The position numbers and the translations under genes were made by a program. From Anaeramoeba ignava BMAN (lineage: Eukaryota > Protista > Anaeramoebae): DNA of 64,000 nucleotides. The DNA lies in assembly GCA_028826165.1 (NCBI GenBank), contig JAPDFW010000106.1, positions 124,001 through 188,000 of the forward strand. The letters run 5' to 3'. Below the pieces are notes generated by a model that saw nothing but the letters and a program-made list of their open reading frames with translations, was not told the DNA's origin and searched no databases. Positions 60,604-64,000 of this stretch are shown in pieces (positions within the stretch are counted from its first letter, which is position 1; each line of letters starts with the position of its first letter).

Positions 60604-63600
60604 TTATATGAATTTGTTGCTCGGATTTTGACTTATTGCTTTTGATGTAGTTGGTTTAAGAATCTAAAAAAAAATTTTTGAATTAAAAATTAAAAATTTA
60701 AAAATTTAAAAAAAAACAATTTACTTGAAAGGAACACATTAAAGATTCATCAACACTCATTAAAGCACCAGCATTATCAAATTCCTATTTAATTTAATTT
60801 CAAATTTTAATTTAAATTTTAATTTAATTTAATTTAATTTAATTTAATTTAATTTCAAATTTTAATTTAATTTAATTTAATTTAATTTAATTTAATTTAA
60901 TTTCAAATTTTAATTTAATTTAATTTAAAAATAATTTACTCCACAATAATTTGGTGCACTAAATATTGTAACAAGTCTTCTTTGTGCAAAAAAATCATAA
61001 CCTTTTTCAACTACCTATTATATTAATTTTTTTTTAATTTTATTTTAATTTTATTTTAATTTGAATAAAAATAATACTTGATGTGCTCTGCAAATTAAAT
61101 CAAAATCATTTTCTTTTAAAAATTGTGCAACAGCATCTGCTCCAAAAACACATGAAACTCCTCTATCATGATTTGGTCCAAATCCTTGAATATTTGGATC
61201 AGGATCACTCCAAAGTAAATCACAAAGTAAACCTAATTTCAATTTAAATTAAATTCAAAATAATTTTAATCAAATTTAATATAAATAATTTATTTGTAAA
61301 TAATTTTAATTAAATTTAATCTAATTTATTTGTAAATAATTTTAATTAAATTTAATATAATTTAATTGTAAATAGTTTTAATATAATTTAATATAATTTA
61401 TTTGTAAATAATTTTAATATAATTTAATATAATTTATTTGTAAATAATTTTAATATAATTTAATATAATTTATTTGTAAATAATTTTAATATAATTTATT
61501 TGTAAATAATTTTAATTAAATTTAATATAATTTATTTGTAAATAATTTTAATTAAATTTAATATAATTTATTTGTAAATAATTTTAATTCAATTTAATAT
61601 AATTTATTTGTAAATAATTTTAATTCAATTTAATATAATTTATTTTGTAAATAATTTTAATTAAATTTAATATAATTTATTTGTAAATAATTTTAATTAA
61701 ATTTAATATAATTTATTTATAAATAATTTTAATTCAATTTAATATAATTTATTTATAAATAATTTTAATTCAATTTAATATAATTTATTTGTAAATAATT
61801 TTAATTCAATTTAATATAATTTATTTGTAAATAATTTTAATTCAATTTAATATAATTTATTTATAAATAATTTTAATATAATTTAATATAATTTATTTGT
61901 AAAATAAATTTAATATAATTTAATATAATTTATTTATAAATAATTTTAATATAATTTAATATAATTTATTTGTAAATAATTTTAATATAATTTAATATAA
62001 TTTATTTATAAATAATTTTAATATAATTTAATATAATTTATTTATAAATAATTTTAATTCAATTTAATATAATTTATTTGTAAATAATTTTAATTCAATT
62101 TAATATAATTTATTTGTAAATAATTTTAATTCAATTTAATATAATTTATTTGTAAATAATTTTAATTAAATTTAATATAATTTATTTATAAATAATTTTA
62201 ATATAATTTAATATAATTTATTTGTAAATAAATTTAATATAATTTAATATAATTTATTTGTAAATAATTTTAATATAATTTAATATAATTTATTTGTAAA
62301 TAATTTTAATTCAATTTAATATAATTTATTTGTAAATAATTTTAATTAAATTTAATATAATTTATTTGTAAATAATTTTACCTTCATCAGGAATTTCTGT
62401 TGGTCTTGTTATTCTTTGAATTTGTTCAATAGATGTTAAATGAGGTGATAAACCTCCATGAACACAAAATATCTTATCATCAATAATTGCAGCAAGAGGA
62501 AGACAATTAAAACATTCAGAAAAAATTTTCCAGAGTTTAACTCTATATCTTTTTTTACCTATTTTTTTAAAATTAATATTTAAAAAATTAATATTTAAAT
62601 TAATATTTAAATTAATATTTAAAATTAATATTTTAATTAATATTTAAATTAATATTTAAAATGAATATTTTAATTTGATATTTATATTAATATTTAAATT
62701 AATATTTAAATGAATATTTAAATTAATATTTAAATTAATATTAAAATTAATATTTAAATTAATATTTAAATTAATATTTAAATTAATATTTAAAATGAAT
62801 ATTTTAATTTGATATTTATATTAATATCCAAATTAATATTTAAATTAATATTTAAATTAATATTTAAATTAATATTTTAATTAATATTTAAATTAATATT
62901 TTAATTAATATTTAAATCAATATTTAAATTAATATTTATATTAATATTTTAATTGATTTGAAAAATTACATTCTTCAAAAAATCCATAAAGTCTATTAAT
63001 TAAAGCACTTTCATGATTTCCACGGAGCATAAAGAAATTTTCTGGATATTTGATTTTATAAGCTAACAATAAACAAACAGATTCTAATCCATTTAAACCA
63101 CGATCTACATAATCACCCATAAAAAGATAATTAGCTTCTGGAGGAAATCCACCATATTCAAATAATCTTAATAAATCATAATATTGTCCATGAATATCTC
63201 CTTTAAAAATTAAAATTCATTTATAAAATTAAAATTAAAATTAAAATTAAAATTAATATTAAAATTAAAATTAAAATTAAAATTAAAATTAAAATTAAAA
63301 TTAAAATTAAAATTAAAATTAAAATTCAAAATTAAAATTAAAATCAAAATTATAATTAAATTTAAAATTAAAATTAAAATTAAAATTAAAATTATAATTA
63401 AAATTTAAATTAAAATTAAAATTAAAATTAAAATTAAAATTAAAATTAAAATTATAATTAAAATTAAAATTAAAATTAAAATTATAATTAAAATTAAAAT
63501 TAAAATTAATATTAAAATTAAAATTAAAATTAAAATTAAAATTAAAATTAAAATTTAAAATTAAAATTAAAATTAAAAATTAAAATTAAAATTAAAATTA

Positions 63601-64000
63601 AAATTAAAATTAAAATTAAAAATTAAAATTAAAATTAAAATTAAAATTAAAATTAAAATTAAAATTAAAATTAAAATTAAAATTAAAATTAAAATTAAAA
63701 TTAAAATTAAAATTATAATTAAAATTAAAATTAAAATTAAAATTAAAATTAAAATTAAAATTAAAATTAAAATTAAAATTAAAATTAAAATTATAATTAA
63801 AATTTAAATTAAAATTAAAATTAAAATTAAATTGTAATGCAAAAATAACGAACAAAAAAAATTATTTAAATATTTTACCACAAATTTTAATTGGTGCTTC
63901 AAGTTCTAAAAGAATTGGTTGACTTAGAAATATTTCTCTTGCTTTTTCACAAAGTGTTCTAATTTCTTTTTCAGTTAATCCTGGATCTTTTATTTTTGAG
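60604..64000 (-). CDS. PP1: Protein phosphatase 1 catalytic subunit-like (5'-partial, 7 exons visible)
   Basis: [14 protein letters not shown]|[46 protein letters not shown]|VV and SAPNYCG|EFDNAGA. Confidence 0.93.
61260..62380. repeat. Intronic ~32-bp tandem repeat (AATTTAATATAATTTATTTGTAAATAATTTT-like)
   Basis: Visible directly in a PP1 intron; a separate 11-12-bp array fills the next intron (62570-62955). Confidence 0.88.

Overview
Extremely AT-rich, intron-rich, gene-dense eukaryotic nuclear DNA read with the standard code. The combination of an intein in a nuclear replication gene, expanded RCC1/BTB/ARM families, microsatellite-filled introns and an Nfu with a short presequence suggests an anaerobic protist such as Anaeramoeba (Metamonada); this is inference only. 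About 23 host protein genes can be reconstructed, including NAPRT, SPTLC1/LCB1, G-alpha, GBE1, EndoV, CTF18, PP1, an FGD-like RhoGEF, a GRAM-PH-VASt protein, a RasGAP and several ubiquitin-ligase adaptors. The main highlights are: (1) a ~1.98 kb Crypton-like tyrosine-recombinase element inside a host intron, bounded by TTTATC direct repeats, with a hairpin at each end and an internal inverted copy of its own end-to-end junction (like a DIRS ICR, but with no reverse transcriptase); (2) a 343-aa intein with a degenerate LAGLIDADG domain in the Walker A motif of CTF18; (3) an AT-AC intron with a U12-type donor in SPTLC1; (4) an ARM-repeat gene grown by tandem duplication of exon+intron units; (5) ~145/290-bp satellites found only between divergent gene pairs; and (6) a strand-specific TTCATT Inr-like motif upstream of most start codons. 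Most short ORFs in the supplied track are low-complexity artefacts. All splice coordinates were read by hand.
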